A stretch of DNA of 64,000 bases from Chthoniobacterales bacterium (GTDB lineage: Bacteria > Verrucomicrobiota > Verrucomicrobiia > Chthoniobacterales > JACTMZ01), in contig JBIJDZ010000003.1 of NCBI GenBank assembly GCA_044343805.1, positions 136-64,135 on the forward strand. Reading direction: 5' to 3'. Below, in pieces: positions 17,779 through 27,678 of the stretch (positions are counted from its first letter, which is position 1; every line of letters starts with the position of its first letter). Both the position numbers and the translations under genes were made by a program. Below the pieces are notes generated by a model. That model worked only from the letters and a program-made list of their open reading frames with translations, ran no database searches and was not told the origin of the DNA.

Positions 17779-18027
17779 ATGCAGCACCACAATTGCAGCC
17801 ACGGCAAAATATCGTTCAATAAGACGGCCTTTGATCTGGCATCCGTATGCAAGAGGATCAACAGTATGCCGTTGTCAAAAAAGCGATGGATGACGGAATT
17901 CTGTATACAAACAGCAGCCCACAACCACTTGGCCGCGACTTGCTGAAGCTCGCGCCTCAAGGGCGAAATCAAACTCACATAAAGAAGCCGCGAGCTTGCT
18001 GCTTTATGGCACCAGATTGTGCCGAGG

Positions 18028-18213
18028 CTATTCCCCCAATCCGCACGCCTCGGCCGTGACCACACCGTCGTCGCACGTAAAAACAATCCGCATCGGCGCG
18101 CAACAAATTTCGCAATCGTAGTCCCACTCGCAGGGAACTTCGGAAACATCCGGCGGAGGCACCGCGAAAATCTCGCCGCAGGTCGGACAAACCACCTCGG
18201 CAAAATCAGTCAT
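18028..18213 (-). CDS. CPXCG-motif cysteine-rich small protein (zinc-ribbon-like)
   Basis: 61 aa from ATG 18213: MTDFAEVVCPTCGEIFAVPPP...DYDCEICCAPMRIVF. Overlaps the 3' end of the upstream phosphatase gene by 8 nt. Confidence 0.7.
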   Translation of the reverse strand: MTDFAEVVCPTCGEIFAVPPPDVSEVPCEWDYDCEICCAPMRIVFTCDDGVVTAEACGLGE

Positions 18214-19522
18214 TTTCAGCCTCCGGCTTTTCACCGAACAGCGTCTCGTAAAAAAGCGGATAAAACGCCGTGTTATCGAAGGAGCCGCTGACCTTATCCG
18301 CGTTGAAACCGGCGGCACGAACGAGAATCGCTCCGGCGGTGTCGAGCCTCGATCCCCACGTGACCACAAAATCATGACTTCTGCCGGTTTTGTCCGGAGC
18401 GCTGGTGAAAGGTCTGGCCACCCCGCCATCGGAAGCGCGCCCGGCTCCATCGAGCGGAGCGCCATTCATATCAAGCCCCGATCTCAACATCTCCGCTTCA
18501 TTTTTGGCCCCGTGCAGACCGATAATATCCGGATCGCCGGCCTCGCTGTCGGCGCATGTCACAAGCAGCGTGTCGGGGTGCTTTTCGACAAAATCCAGCG
18601 CGACACCAAGCCCCTCGTCACCACGCCGCAAAGCATCAATCAGCCCTGTCGCATTGTTGCAGTTGCCGAAGTTGTCCGCCCCCTCTTCCTCAATCACGAG
18701 CAAAAATCGGCGGCCGGCGAGAAACCTGAGCGCAGCCGATGTCATATCGGCAATCGTCGGAACAGCTGGGTCGTAGGTCGGCAAGCTTTGATCGGCAAGC
18801 ACCTCCTCGGGCGCATCGTTGAACGTGTGCTGACGCGCAAAAATGCCAAGCACTTTTCCAGCATCATCAGGCAATGCGACCAGCTCATCATGCGTGAACA
18901 CGACATGGTAGCCGGAGACCTTCGCCTCTTCGATCAAGTTGCGCCCGTCTTTCCGCTTACCGATGCCGAAATGTCCATGGACTCCCTCCGGCAGATACCA
19001 CTCTTCCCCGCCGGCAAGGATCACGTCAGCACCTGAAGAAACCAACCGCGCAACGATTTGTTCCGCATCCTCACGCCCATCCACACTGGCCAGAAAACAT
19101 GCCGTCCCGGGTTCCACGGCGCTGCCGCTATTGACAACACCAACAGCCACGCCGCGAGCTTGGGCCTCTTGCATGATACTGCGACGCCGACCTGACGGCG
19201 CGACGGGCGGCTCACCACCACTGTCGGTTCCGAATGAGCGATAAGGCGCCTTGACCCCATAGGCGTGCATCGTTGCTCCGGCATTCGAGGATGGAGTCAA
19301 AGAATCCTCGGCATGACCACGGTACAACGCCAAATAAGGCAAGCGATCCCAGCGCAACTCACCATCAGGCCCGACGATAACCATCCGCGCCATCTGCCAT
19401 GCCGAGACGCCTGCCCCATCCACATGGAAAAAAATCACATTGCCTGTGCGAGGCGCCAACTCACATCCGGATGCAAAAAATCCAACGGCAACCCACACTA
19501 TCAATCCACCAAGCTTCTTCAT
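18206..19522 (-). CDS. Alkaline phosphatase family lipoprotein
   Basis: ATG 19522 gives MKKLGGLIVWVAVGFFASGCE (lipobox). NVIFFHVDGAGVS, AEDSLTPSSNAGATMHAYGVK and LLVIEEEGADN are present. Confidence 0.8.
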   Translation of the reverse strand: MKKLGGLIVWVAVGFFASGCELAPRTGNVIFFHVDGAGVSAWQMARMVIVGPDGELRWDRLPYLALYRGHAEDSLTPSSNAGATMHAYGVKAPYRSFGTDSGGEPPVAPSGRRRSIMQEAQARGVAVGVVNSGSAVEPGTACFLASVDGREDAEQIVARLVSSGADVILAGGEEWYLPEGVHGHFGIGKRKDGRNLIEEAKVSGYHVVFTHDELVALPDDAGKVLGIFARQHTFNDAPEEVLADQSLPTYDPAVPTIADMTSAALRFLAGRRFLLVIEEEGADNFGNCNNATGLIDALRRGDEGLGVALDFVEKHPDTLLVTCADSEAGDPDIIGLHGAKNEAEMLRSGLDMNGAPLDGAGRASDGGVARPFTSAPDKTGRSHDFVVTWGSRLDTAGAILVRAAGFNADKVSGSFDNTAFYPLFYETLFGEKPEAEND

Positions 19523-19535
19523 ATCCACTGGGTCC

Positions 19536-19982
19536 TCATTTGCCGATATCTTCGTTCCGCAACTGGGGATCCGCAGCGATAAATTCATTCATGAGACGGA
19601 TGCACTCTTCGTTTTGCATCACCTCTACTTGCACACCTTGCGAGCGGACGTAGTCCTCCGGTCCGGTGAAGGTGACATTCTCGCCGACCACGACTTTCGG
19701 GATTCCGTAAAGCAGGATCGCCCCGCTGCACATGGGACACGGAGAGAGCGTGGAGTATAACGTGCAGCGGCGATACTCCGCCGCTGACAACCGCCCGGCA
19801 TTTTCCAGACAATTCATCTCTGCATGGTGGATCACGCTGCCATCCTGTACACGACGGTTATGCCCACGCCCGATAATCTTGCCGTCAAGCACCAGCACCG
19901 CCCCAATAGGAATCCCGCCCTCGGAAAGACCACGGTGAGCCTCTGCAATCGCCGCCTGCATGAAGCTGTCTTCTGAAGCCAT
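19536..19982 (-). CDS. Cytosine deaminase of the CDA fold (yeast Fcy1-like)
   Basis: 148 aa. GGIPIGAVLV..GKIIGRGHNRRVQ.GS...HAEMNCLENAGRL...LYSTLSPCPMCSGAILLYGIPKVVVGEN. Has the HAE and PCxxC zinc motifs. Confidence 0.85.
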   Translation of the reverse strand: MASEDSFMQAAIAEAHRGLSEGGIPIGAVLVLDGKIIGRGHNRRVQDGSVIHHAEMNCLENAGRLSAAEYRRCTLYSTLSPCPMCSGAILLYGIPKVVVGENVTFTGPEDYVRSQGVQVEVMQNEECIRLMNEFIAADPQLRNEDIGK

Positions 19983-20073
19983 GCGGCAACGTTGCCGACA
20001 AGCTCTCGCTCAGGCAACGCACAAATCCGCTCAAGCTCGACACAAGCCCGACGGCAAGGTGTCATCTCGGATC

Positions 20074-20940
20074 ATGAAAAGCATGACCGGCTTCGGGCGC
20101 GGCGAATCCATCAGTCGCGGTATCCGATATTCTGTGGAAATCTCCACCGTCAATCGTCGTAACGCCGAAATTGTCTTTAACCTTCCGCGGGAAATTTCCA
20201 GTCTGGAAAGCGTCCTCCGCGACGTCATCTCGCCGGCCATCGTCCGCGGTCGCGCCACCATCACCGCTGCGGTCTCCTCGGGCGATTCCCCGCGCCCCAT
20301 GCTGGACCCGTCACTGTTCCGGCGTTTGCGCGACGAACTTACCCAGGTGCAGCGTACGTTGAAAATTCCAGGCACCCCGGCGCTGTCCGATCTGGTGCGT
20401 CTTTATGCAACCGCGGTGCGCGATGCAGCTGCGGTGATTCCGCCCGACACCAAAGCGGTCATCAAAGCCACGCGCGCGGCCCTTCAAGCAATGGATGCGA
20501 TGCGCGCTCGGGAAGGAAACCATCTGGCGGGGGAACTAGGCCGATTACTAGATCGCTTTGCCAAAGAAATTTCGGCGATCCGCAAGCTGGCCCCACAGGT
20601 CATCGCAAAGCACCGCGCCGCCTTGCGTGAGCGCTTGGCTGAAATCACTCCGACTTTCGCCACCGACGACGATCGCTTGGCACGCGAGCTCGCCCTTTTT
20701 GCCGACCGATCTGACATCACAGAAGAGCTCAGCCGCTTGGAAAGCCACTTGAAACAATTCCGCGCCGGTCTTTCCTCCGGCGGCGCCCAGGGCCGCTCCC
20801 TCGATTTTCTTGCGCAGGAAATGTTCCGCGAGTGCAACACAATCGGCGCCAAAGCAAACTCCGCGCAAATCGCCCAGCGTGTTATCACCGCCAAAACAGA
20901 ACTGGAGCGCATTCGCGAGCAGGTGCAGAATGTGGAGTAA
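20074..20940 (+). CDS. yicC: YicC-family stress-induced protein
   Basis: MKSMTGFGRGE...SVEISTVNRR at the N-terminus and ...EMFRECNTIGAKANS...ELERIREQVQNVE at the C-terminus. Confidence 0.88.
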   Translation: MKSMTGFGRGESISRGIRYSVEISTVNRRNAEIVFNLPREISSLESVLRDVISPAIVRGRATITAAVSSGDSPRPMLDPSLFRRLRDELTQVQRTLKIPGTPALSDLVRLYATAVRDAAAVIPPDTKAVIKATRAALQAMDAMRAREGNHLAGELGRLLDRFAKEISAIRKLAPQVIAKHRAALRERLAEITPTFATDDDRLARELALFADRSDITEELSRLESHLKQFRAGLSSGGAQGRSLDFLAQEMFRECNTIGAKANSAQIAQRVITAKTELERIREQVQNVE

Positions 20941-20945
20941 CACCG

Positions 20946-21551
20946 ATGAAACGACTCGGCATCCTTTTCGTCATCTCTGCCCCGTCCGGCGCCGGCAAAT
21001 CCACCATTGTGAGCGCTCTCCGGCAGACGCCCGACACCGTTTACTCCGTCTCCTGCACCACGCGGCAGCCGCGCCCGGGGGAGTTGGATGGCAAGGATTA
21101 CAATTTCATGGAAACATCCGAGTTTGAACGGCGCATCGCCGCCGGGGATTTTTTGGAATACGCCCGCGTGCACGACCGCTACTACGGGACACTCCGACAG
21201 ACCATCACCGACCATTTGCGCAACGGCATCGATGTGCTTGTTGATATCGACACTCAGGGTGCAGCCACAATCCGCCGGTCGAATGATCCATTCATAAAAG
21301 ACTCTTTGGCCGATATCTTTATCATGCCCCCCAGCATCGAGGAGCTACGCCACCGACTGCTCAAACGAGGCACGGAGACCACCGAACAAATCGAACTCCG
21401 CCTGGCCACAGCGGCTTCCGAGATGAAGTGCTGGCGCGAGTACAAATACACCATCATCAGCGGCTCCATGGAGGAGGATTTGCAAAAGTTTCGGGCCATC
21501 ACCCGCGCCGAGCGTTACCTCAGCCGCCGCATTATCGCTCTCGCATCCTGA
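20946..21551 (+). CDS. gmk: Guanylate kinase
   Basis: ATG 20946: MKRLGILFVISAPSGAGKSTIV...TTRQPRPGE.DG.DY.F....F...I....FLEYA.V....YGT. Confidence 0.95.
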   Translation: MKRLGILFVISAPSGAGKSTIVSALRQTPDTVYSVSCTTRQPRPGELDGKDYNFMETSEFERRIAAGDFLEYARVHDRYYGTLRQTITDHLRNGIDVLVDIDTQGAATIRRSNDPFIKDSLADIFIMPPSIEELRHRLLKRGTETTEQIELRLATAASEMKCWREYKYTIISGSMEEDLQKFRAITRAERYLSRRIIALAS

Positions 21552-21552
21552 A

Positions 21553-22101
21553 ATGTCGGCACGCAAGACAATCATTCTCGGAGTCACCGGATCCATCGCC
21601 GCTTACAAAGCCGCCGATCTGGCCAGCCTGCTCGTCAAACGGGGTCACGACGTCTTCGCCGTCATGACCGAGGCCGCTCAGAAATTCATCAGCCCGCTCA
21701 CGCTGCAAACACTCAGCAAAAACCCGGTGACAACTGATCTTTTTGCCGAACAGGAAAATTGGTGCCCGGGTCACATCGCCTTGGCCGATCGCGCGGACTT
21801 GCTGCTGGTTGCCCCTGCCTCCGCGGCCGCGCTGGCGCGGCTTGCTTTCGGTCTGGCCGAAGACGCGCTGACGTGCATCGCTCTCGCCACACGCGCGCCG
21901 CTTGTCATCGCACCAGCGATGAATGGAAAAATGTGGTCGCATCCCGCAACAGGGCACAACGCAGCGACACTTCGTGCACGCGGGGCAATTTTCATCGGCC
22001 CCGACGAAGGCCTGCTCGCCTGCGGTTACGAAGGTACAGGTCGCCTTTGGCCGGTTGAAGACATCGTCGCGAAGGTTGATGAAATATTGATCAGCAGCTG
22101 A
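21553..22101 (+). CDS. coaC: Phosphopantothenoylcysteine decarboxylase flavoprotein (stand-alone CoaC domain)
   Basis: 182 aa. ILGVTGSIAAYKAADLASLLVKRGHDVFAVMTEAAQKFISPLTLQ...APAMNGKMW. No CoaB domain is attached. Confidence 0.85.
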   Translation: MSARKTIILGVTGSIAAYKAADLASLLVKRGHDVFAVMTEAAQKFISPLTLQTLSKNPVTTDLFAEQENWCPGHIALADRADLLLVAPASAAALARLAFGLAEDALTCIALATRAPLVIAPAMNGKMWSHPATGHNAATLRARGAIFIGPDEGLLACGYEGTGRLWPVEDIVAKVDEILISS

Positions 22102-22290
22102 CGGCATTGCGGGCACTTCAGATTTTGTGTCGCACTTCGCGAGCACTCGCGTGATTGACGCGAAAAAAAATTGATAAACATCACAAAAATTCGTTGACGC
22201 ATTTGCACGCGAGACATACCAACGAACTTGTGAGTTGCAAACACAGCAACATCCAAACCCGCCACTGCGGTTCGAAAGGAGGGATATTGG

Positions 22291-22404
22291 ATGCCCGTTA
22301 AAAAGAAAGCCGCCAAGAAAGCTGCGAAGAAACCAGTCAAGAAAGCTGCGAAGAAACCTGCTAAGAAGGTTGCGAAGAAAAAAGTCGCCAAGAAACGCAA
22401 GTAA
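22291..22404 (+). CDS. Histone-H1-like lysine/alanine-rich small basic protein (37 aa)
   Basis: Not in the ORF track because it is under 60 aa. ATG 22291 is preceded by AAGGAGG with an 8-nt spacer. Translation is MPVKKKAAKKAAKKPVKKAAKKPAKKVAKKKVAKKRK*. A strong terminator follows. Confidence 0.75.
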   Translation: MPVKKKAAKKAAKKPVKKAAKKPAKKVAKKKVAKKRK

Positions 22405-22431
22405 TTCCCCAGAGAATTCTTGTTACTTCAT

Positions 22432-22465
22432 GGGAGGGGATTCGTTCCCCTCCCAATTTTTTTTT
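22432..22465 (+). terminator. Rho-independent terminator of the H1-like gene
   Basis: GGGAGGGGA-TTCGT-TCCCCTCCC. 9-bp stem followed by AATTTTTTTTT. Confidence 0.9.
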
Positions 22466-22507
22466 GTCCGCTACGCGCCTTTACTCTGCTAATTGCTTCC
22501 TCCACAC

Positions 22508-23266
22508 ATGTCTGAGTTTCTGACGACCGCCGCTGACGCAGCACTTCTTGCCGGGAGACTTCTCCGCGAAAATTTCGAAAAGCCTCTCCAAGTCGATGCC
22601 ATGCATGCGCATGATATCAAACTGGAACTCGACCGCCGCACCCAGCAACTCATCGAGACACACATCCTGGCGCGACATCCCGGTCACGCCATTCTCGGGG
22701 AAGAAGGAATGCGGGGAGGCACGGGAGAATACGAGTGGATCATCGATCCCCTCGACGGCACGGTGAATTATTTTTACGGAATCCCCCATTTCGCCACGAC
22801 GATCGCTGTTCGGCGCAACAACACTCTTCTCGCCGGCGTAATCCATGACCCCATGCGCGATGAAACTTGGACGGCCGAACTTGATGGACCATCTCTCATG
22901 AACGGGAAAAGCATCGAAGTAAGTAAGCGCACGGATCTGCGGGATTGCATCGTCTCGATGGGCGTTTCGAAAACCATCGATACAATCGACAACACGCTTC
23001 CCGTCTTCAACCAAGCCATCCGGCGCGTGAAAAAAATGCGCATGCTCGGAAGCGCTGCTCTTGACATCGCGTATGTTGCTACCGGCCGCCTTGACGCCTA
23101 CATCGAAAGCTCCATCAGCCTTTGGGACATTGCCGCCGGCGTACTCCTCGTCCGGGGTGCCGGGGGACTTGTTGATTTGAAACCGCATGCCGATCATCCG
23201 AACAAATTCAGCATCGCAGCCACCAGCGGACATGCCGACTTTGATTCCCTGACTCGCCGACCATGA
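22508..23266 (+). CDS. Inositol monophosphatase family protein (SuhB-like)
   Basis: ATG 22508. ...HAILGEEG......WIIDPLDGTVNY....P.F...IA and WDIAAG motifs. Confidence 0.88.
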   Translation: MSEFLTTAADAALLAGRLLRENFEKPLQVDAMHAHDIKLELDRRTQQLIETHILARHPGHAILGEEGMRGGTGEYEWIIDPLDGTVNYFYGIPHFATTIAVRRNNTLLAGVIHDPMRDETWTAELDGPSLMNGKSIEVSKRTDLRDCIVSMGVSKTIDTIDNTLPVFNQAIRRVKKMRMLGSAALDIAYVATGRLDAYIESSISLWDIAAGVLLVRGAGGLVDLKPHADHPNKFSIAATSGHADFDSLTRRP

Positions 23267-23739
23267 CTGTCACGGGACTCGGTTACGACATCCATCGTTT
23301 CACTCCAGGACGTCCGCTCATCTTGGGCGGAGTCCCCATACCTTATGAACTGGGACTTGAAGGCCACTCTGATGCCGATGTGCTCAGCCACGCCATCGCC
23401 GACGCGATTCTGGGTGCGATCGGCGAACGCGACATCGGCCACCATTTTCCCAACACGGATGACTCCATCCGCGGCATCAGCAGCATGGAGATTATTCGCC
23501 AAGCACTGAGTCTGCTCAATGCTCGTGGCGGGCGCATCAACAACATCGACTCCACCCTCATAGCCGAAGCCCCCAAAATCGCTCCATACCTCCAAGCGAT
23601 GCGCACCAAGCTGGCTGAGGCGCTCAGCCTTGACGCCTCGCGTATCGGCCTCAAAGCCACCACCAACGAGGGCCTCGGCGCCATCGGTCGGGGTGAGGGA
23701 ATCGCCGCCATGGCCGTAGCCTCCATCGACCTTCACTGA
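23263..23739 (+). CDS. ispF: 2-C-methyl-D-erythritol 2,4-cyclodiphosphate synthase
   Basis: GLGYDIHRF....PLILGGV.IP...GL.GHSDADVL.HAI.DA.LGA. ATGA overlap with the upstream gene. Confidence 0.95.
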   Translation: MTVTGLGYDIHRFTPGRPLILGGVPIPYELGLEGHSDADVLSHAIADAILGAIGERDIGHHFPNTDDSIRGISSMEIIRQALSLLNARGGRINNIDSTLIAEAPKIAPYLQAMRTKLAEALSLDASRIGLKATTNEGLGAIGRGEGIAAMAVASIDLH

Positions 23740-23742
23740 TCC

Positions 23743-25146
23743 ATGCTGCAGCTCCACAACACACTCACCCGCACCATCGAACCATTTGCCCCGCTCGACC
23801 CCGCCGGGCGCGCGGTGAAGCTCTACACCTGCGGTCCCACCGTATACAACCACGCCCACATCGGCAACTTTCGTGCCTACATTTTTGAGGACCTCCTACA
23901 GCGCCACTTGGAATACCGTGGCTATCAGGTAGAGCGCGTCATGAATCTCACCGACGTCGATGACAAAACCATCCGCGGCGCCCGTGAGCATGGCGTTGCT
24001 TTGGCCGACTTCACCGCGCCGTTCAAAGCCGCATTCTTTGATGATTTGAAGACACTGCGCATCAAACCCGCGAAAGAATTTCCCTGCGCGACCGATCCCG
24101 CGCACATCGCCCGAATGATTTCCATGATCGGGCAACTTGTTGCCGACGGCCATGCTTACCAAGCGGACGACAAGTCGGTCTATTTTCGCATTGCCAGCTT
24201 CCCCGCATATGGTCAACTCGCCCACCTCAACCTCGAAGAGCTTCGACCCTCCGGTCGCGTTCGCTCCGACGAATACGAGAAGGAAAACATCGGCGACTTC
24301 GCCCTATGGAAAGCGCATGACGCCGGTGATGGTGACGTGAAATGGGACAGTCCTTGGGGCCCCGGACGCCCCGGTTGGCACATCGAATGCAGTGCCATGG
24401 CCACCGGCTTGCTGGGCAACCGCATCGATATCCACTGCGGCGGCGTGGATAATATTTTTCCGCATCATGAAGCCGAGATTGCCCAGACCGAGTGCTGCAC
24501 CGGCCAACAATTCGTCAAGCTGTGGATGCACTGTGCTCACCTCATGGTGGACGGTCGCAAGATGGCCAAATCCTTCGGAAATTTTTACACGCTGCGCGAC
24601 CTCCTCGACAAAGGCTGGAGCGGGCGCGAGGTCCGATATGTGCTTCTTTCGGCGCACTACCGACTGCCACTTAACTTCACTTTCGAAGGTCTTGCCGCCG
24701 CCCGGAGTTCGCTGCAGCGGTTGGACGATTGGCGGCTCAGGCTTGCCGAACTTGCCTCCACTGCAAAATCAAGCGAACCCCACCACGCGGCCATCAAAGA
24801 TGCTTTCGGTAAGTTCTTGGATGACGACCTGAACATCTCTGCCGCTTTGGGATCACTCTTTGATCTTGTCCGCGATACCAACCGCACCATGGACACCGGT
24901 GAGACCTCTCCCGAGCAAGCGCGAGGGCTTCTCGATTACTGGCAACGCCTCAACTCCATCCTTTCGCTCGAAACTGAAGCTTCCTCAGTCCCAGCGGAAA
25001 TCACCGCTTTGGTTGAAGAACGCCTGGCCGCGCGTGTCGCCAAAGACTGGGCGCGCAGCGATGCTCTCAGGGATGAATTGCTCGGGCGCGGATGGATGGT
25101 AAAAGACACCAAAGACGGAACCAAACTTACCCGCATTGGATCATGA
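23743..25146 (+). CDS. cysS: Cysteine--tRNA ligase
   Basis: 467 aa. YTCGPTVYNHAHIGNFR (HIGH), CGGVDNIFPHHE and KMAKSFGNF (KMSKS). Confidence 0.96.
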   Translation: MLQLHNTLTRTIEPFAPLDPAGRAVKLYTCGPTVYNHAHIGNFRAYIFEDLLQRHLEYRGYQVERVMNLTDVDDKTIRGAREHGVALADFTAPFKAAFFDDLKTLRIKPAKEFPCATDPAHIARMISMIGQLVADGHAYQADDKSVYFRIASFPAYGQLAHLNLEELRPSGRVRSDEYEKENIGDFALWKAHDAGDGDVKWDSPWGPGRPGWHIECSAMATGLLGNRIDIHCGGVDNIFPHHEAEIAQTECCTGQQFVKLWMHCAHLMVDGRKMAKSFGNFYTLRDLLDKGWSGREVRYVLLSAHYRLPLNFTFEGLAAARSSLQRLDDWRLRLAELASTAKSSEPHHAAIKDAFGKFLDDDLNISAALGSLFDLVRDTNRTMDTGETSPEQARGLLDYWQRLNSILSLETEASSVPAEITALVEERLAARVAKDWARSDALRDELLGRGWMVKDTKDGTKLTRIGS

Positions 25147-25820
25147 ACTATCTTCCGCAAAACCTTCTCGATCTCGATCACACCGATCACCGGTCGCTCT
25201 TCGACAAAGTTACCAACGTTTGGGAAGCGCTTTCGCTCATCGCCTCCTACCTCCAGTTCCGGTTGAAACCGGCCATCAATGGAAAACAAATTGGACGCCC
25301 CTTCATCAGCAACGCCGTATACATCGGACACGGCACGGTGATTGAACAGGGCGCCATGATCAAAGGTCCTGCTTGGATCGGCGACCGCTGCGAAGTCAGG
25401 GCCGGTTGTTACATCCGCGAAAATGTCATCGTCGGCAATGGCGCAGTGCTCGGTAATTCGTGCGAGTTCAAAAACAGCATCGTCTTCGACGAAGCCCAAG
25501 TGCCGCACTTTAATTACGTCGGCGATTCCATCTTGGGACACAAAGCTCACTTGGGGGCGGGCGTTATTCTTTCGAATGTCCGCCTTGATCATGGCGAGGT
25601 CATTGTGCGGAGTGGCGACGCCTCCACTCGCACCGGGTTGCGTAAATTCGGGGCTATCGTGGGTGATCGGGCGGAAATTGGCTGCAATGCGGTCATAAGT
25701 CCTGGCTCGATCGTCGGACGCGACTCCGTGATTTATCCGGGAACCCATTGGAGCGGCATTTTGGAGGAACGATCTGTTGCCAAGCTAAGACAACAAGTTG
25801 ATATTGTTCCGAAAAACTGA
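25143..25820 (+). CDS. Left-handed beta-helix (hexapeptide-repeat) acyltransferase, GlmU C-terminal-domain-like
   Basis: ATG 25143 overlaps the cysS stop (ATGA). Repeated [LIV]G..-type hexapeptides: IGDRCEVRAGCYIRENVIVGNGAVLGNSCEFKNSIV.... Confidence 0.75.
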   Translation: MNYLPQNLLDLDHTDHRSLFDKVTNVWEALSLIASYLQFRLKPAINGKQIGRPFISNAVYIGHGTVIEQGAMIKGPAWIGDRCEVRAGCYIRENVIVGNGAVLGNSCEFKNSIVFDEAQVPHFNYVGDSILGHKAHLGAGVILSNVRLDHGEVIVRSGDASTRTGLRKFGAIVGDRAEIGCNAVISPGSIVGRDSVIYPGTHWSGILEERSVAKLRQQVDIVPKN

Positions 25821-25849
25821 ACCCAAGCACCCAACTGCGCATCTTTGCT

Positions 25850-26473
25850 TTGAAACCCGTGCCTTCACCCCGCGCCTTCGGCAACATCGCACCCTCCTTG
25901 CGGAAAATTCCCGGCAAGCCCGTCGCCCTGCTCATGGTTCTCGGACTGCTTCTTTGTGCTTCAGTCGCAAATCTCAGTGCCCAGCTCGACAACTCCAGCG
26001 GAAGCCCGGCCGCAGCACAAAACCGCATTTCCGAAGAAAAACAGTCGCTCAGCATTGATAAGCGAGTCGAGTCAGCCGTCGAAGCTGTCTCAGCATACAT
26101 CGACAAAGTCCGTACGGAAAACTTCCCCCTTTTTCTCGCTATTTACTGCGGCATTGCCGGCGCATGCCTCGGAGTCTTGATATCGGTGCTCGGCTACCGT
26201 TTGAGCGATCCTCGGGACAATTACAGCCAACTGCTTCGGTGGGGATCGTTGCTCGCCATGACTTGCGGTGGAGCCTCCGCCGTGCTGCTTGCCTTGATGA
26301 AAGCTCCAGCCAATCTCGAGAACAAACTCGCCGTTCTGCTCATGAGCATTGTCAGTGGCGGCATCGCCGGCTGGATCAGCGCCTTCCTGGCATTTATCGC
26401 GCAACGATGTCGAAGCTGGCTTTTGGCAAAAAAAGAAGGCCGCGTCTTGAGCCAGCGCATCGGCCGACGTTGA
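25850..26473 (+). CDS. Hypothetical membrane protein
   Basis: 207 aa. TTG start in the track, so the start is uncertain. One N-terminal and about four C-terminal hydrophobic helices. No family recognised. Confidence 0.5.
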   Translation: MKPVPSPRAFGNIAPSLRKIPGKPVALLMVLGLLLCASVANLSAQLDNSSGSPAAAQNRISEEKQSLSIDKRVESAVEAVSAYIDKVRTENFPLFLAIYCGIAGACLGVLISVLGYRLSDPRDNYSQLLRWGSLLAMTCGGASAVLLALMKAPANLENKLAVLLMSIVSGGIAGWISAFLAFIAQRCRSWLLAKKEGRVLSQRIGRR

Positions 26474-26490
26474 ACCTTGCGCCGGCGAAA

Positions 26491-26811
26491 CTATCGGACC
26501 GCGCGGGCGACCGCATCTTGGATCTGCGGCGCGCTATCCGGCAACAGTGCCGATGCATAGTTACCCAAGGCTCCAGATTGCTGGGGGTTGTCCCATGCCA
26601 TCCGACCGACTGTGGCAACCAACTCATGTTCGCCAGTCTTTGCCGCAGTACGCAGATGCCACCGCTGCTCCAAACTTAATTCCGCGCCCGCCGCGCGCGC
26701 CTCGGCAGGACCACCATCTGGAAACTCCATGGAAACACACCCGGAAATCCCCAGCAAAGCACAGGTGAATGCCATGCGCATGCCTGACCTGGCTCGATGT
26801 GAATTACGCAT
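26491..26811 (-). CDS. Hypothetical small lipoprotein
   Basis: In-frame ATGs at 26811, 26781 and 26775. MRMAFTCALLGISGC contains a lipobox. Confidence 0.5.
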   Translation of the reverse strand: MRNSHRARSGMRMAFTCALLGISGCVSMEFPDGGPAEARAAGAELSLEQRWHLRTAAKTGEHELVATVGRMAWDNPQQSGALGNYASALLPDSAPQIQDAVARAVR

Positions 26812-26817
26812 GGCGAT

Positions 26818-27678
26818 TCAGTCTCCGGTGGCGATCGGAGCACGCACGCGATTGCCCCACTCGGTCCACGATCCGTCATAGTTGCGGACTTTTCCGTAGC
26901 CGAGCAGATAAGTGAGCACGAACCAGGTGTGGCTGGATCGCTCGCCGATGCGGCAATATGCCACGATCTCACGGTCGGCTCCCAATCCGCACCCTTGGGT
27001 GTAAATTTTCTCCAACTCCCCGCGCGACTTGAATGTGCCATCATCATTCACCGCCGTCTTCCACGGCACACTGCGCGCCCCCGGAACGTGCCCGCCGCGC
27101 AGCACACCCTCTTGCGGATACTCTGGCATATGGGTGATCTCACCGCGGAATTCACCCGGCGAACGCACATCGATCAAAGGAAGCTTCGCCTCACTCTGCC
27201 GCTTGGCATCTTCATAGAACGCACGGATTTCGTCATCGCGCCGCCGTGCCGGCAATGGATATTCCACTATGACGAAGTTGGGTTTCTCGCGGACAAGCGG
27301 ACGACCCTCGGCCACCCATTTATCGCGACCGCCATTCATGATTTTCACCTTTTCATGACCAAAAAGACGGAAAACCCATAGTGCATAGCAAGCCCACCAG
27401 TTGGATTTGTCGCCGTAAAACACACAGACGGTATCCGATCCGATGCCGTTCTTCTCGCACAACGCCGCAAACTCTGCGGGACTGATGTAATCGCGAACCG
27501 TCTGGTCCTGCAAATCAGCCCGCCAATCGATGTGCACCGCCCCGGGAATATGCCCTGTGTCGTAAAGCAGCACATCCTCGTTGCTTTCTATGACACGAAC
27601 CGATGGATCGTTGAGATGTTCAGCCACCCAATCGGTGGAGACCAAAGCTTCTGGATGTGCGTAATCTTGCTGGTTCAT
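26818..27678 (-). CDS. Tandem-rhodanese thiosulfate/3-mercaptopyruvate sulfurtransferase
   Basis: 286 aa with two rhodanese domains. Active-site loop [12 protein letters not shown]. Confidence 0.88.
   Translation of the reverse strand: MNQQDYAHPEALVSTDWVAEHLNDPSVRVIESNEDVLLYDTGHIPGAVHIDWRADLQDQTVRDYISPAEFAALCEKNGIGSDTVCVFYGDKSNWWACYALWVFRLFGHEKVKIMNGGRDKWVAEGRPLVREKPNFVIVEYPLPARRRDDEIRAFYEDAKRQSEAKLPLIDVRSPGEFRGEITHMPEYPQEGVLRGGHVPGARSVPWKTAVNDDGTFKSRGELEKIYTQGCGLGADREIVAYCRIGERSSHTWFVLTYLLGYGKVRNYDGSWTEWGNRVRAPIATGD

Noticed and set aside
17779-18027. An AT-richer ~250-nt gap after the glutaredoxin terminator. It holds small ORFs (e.g. 17847-18059, 70 aa) and a 9-bp inverted repeat (aagctcgcg...cgcgagctt).
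   Set aside because: The ORFs lack an RBS, overlap the convergent CPXCG gene and have no motifs. The inverted repeat has a ~35-nt loop and no U-run. There is not enough evidence to call a gene, sRNA or terminator.
22300-22400. Short tandem DNA repeats (aagaaagctgcgaagaaacc...) that might suggest a repeat array.
   Set aside because: Only about two imperfect units are present and they lie inside a coding K/A repeat. There is no spacer/repeat architecture, so this is not a CRISPR array.
22026-22492. Two listed ORFs: 22235-22492 on the plus strand (R/K/L-rich) and 22026-22400 on the minus strand (FFAAFL repeats).
   Set aside because: Both are alternative-frame readings of the K/A repeat. The frame starting at 22291 has a proper RBS, a coherent H1-like product and a terminator.
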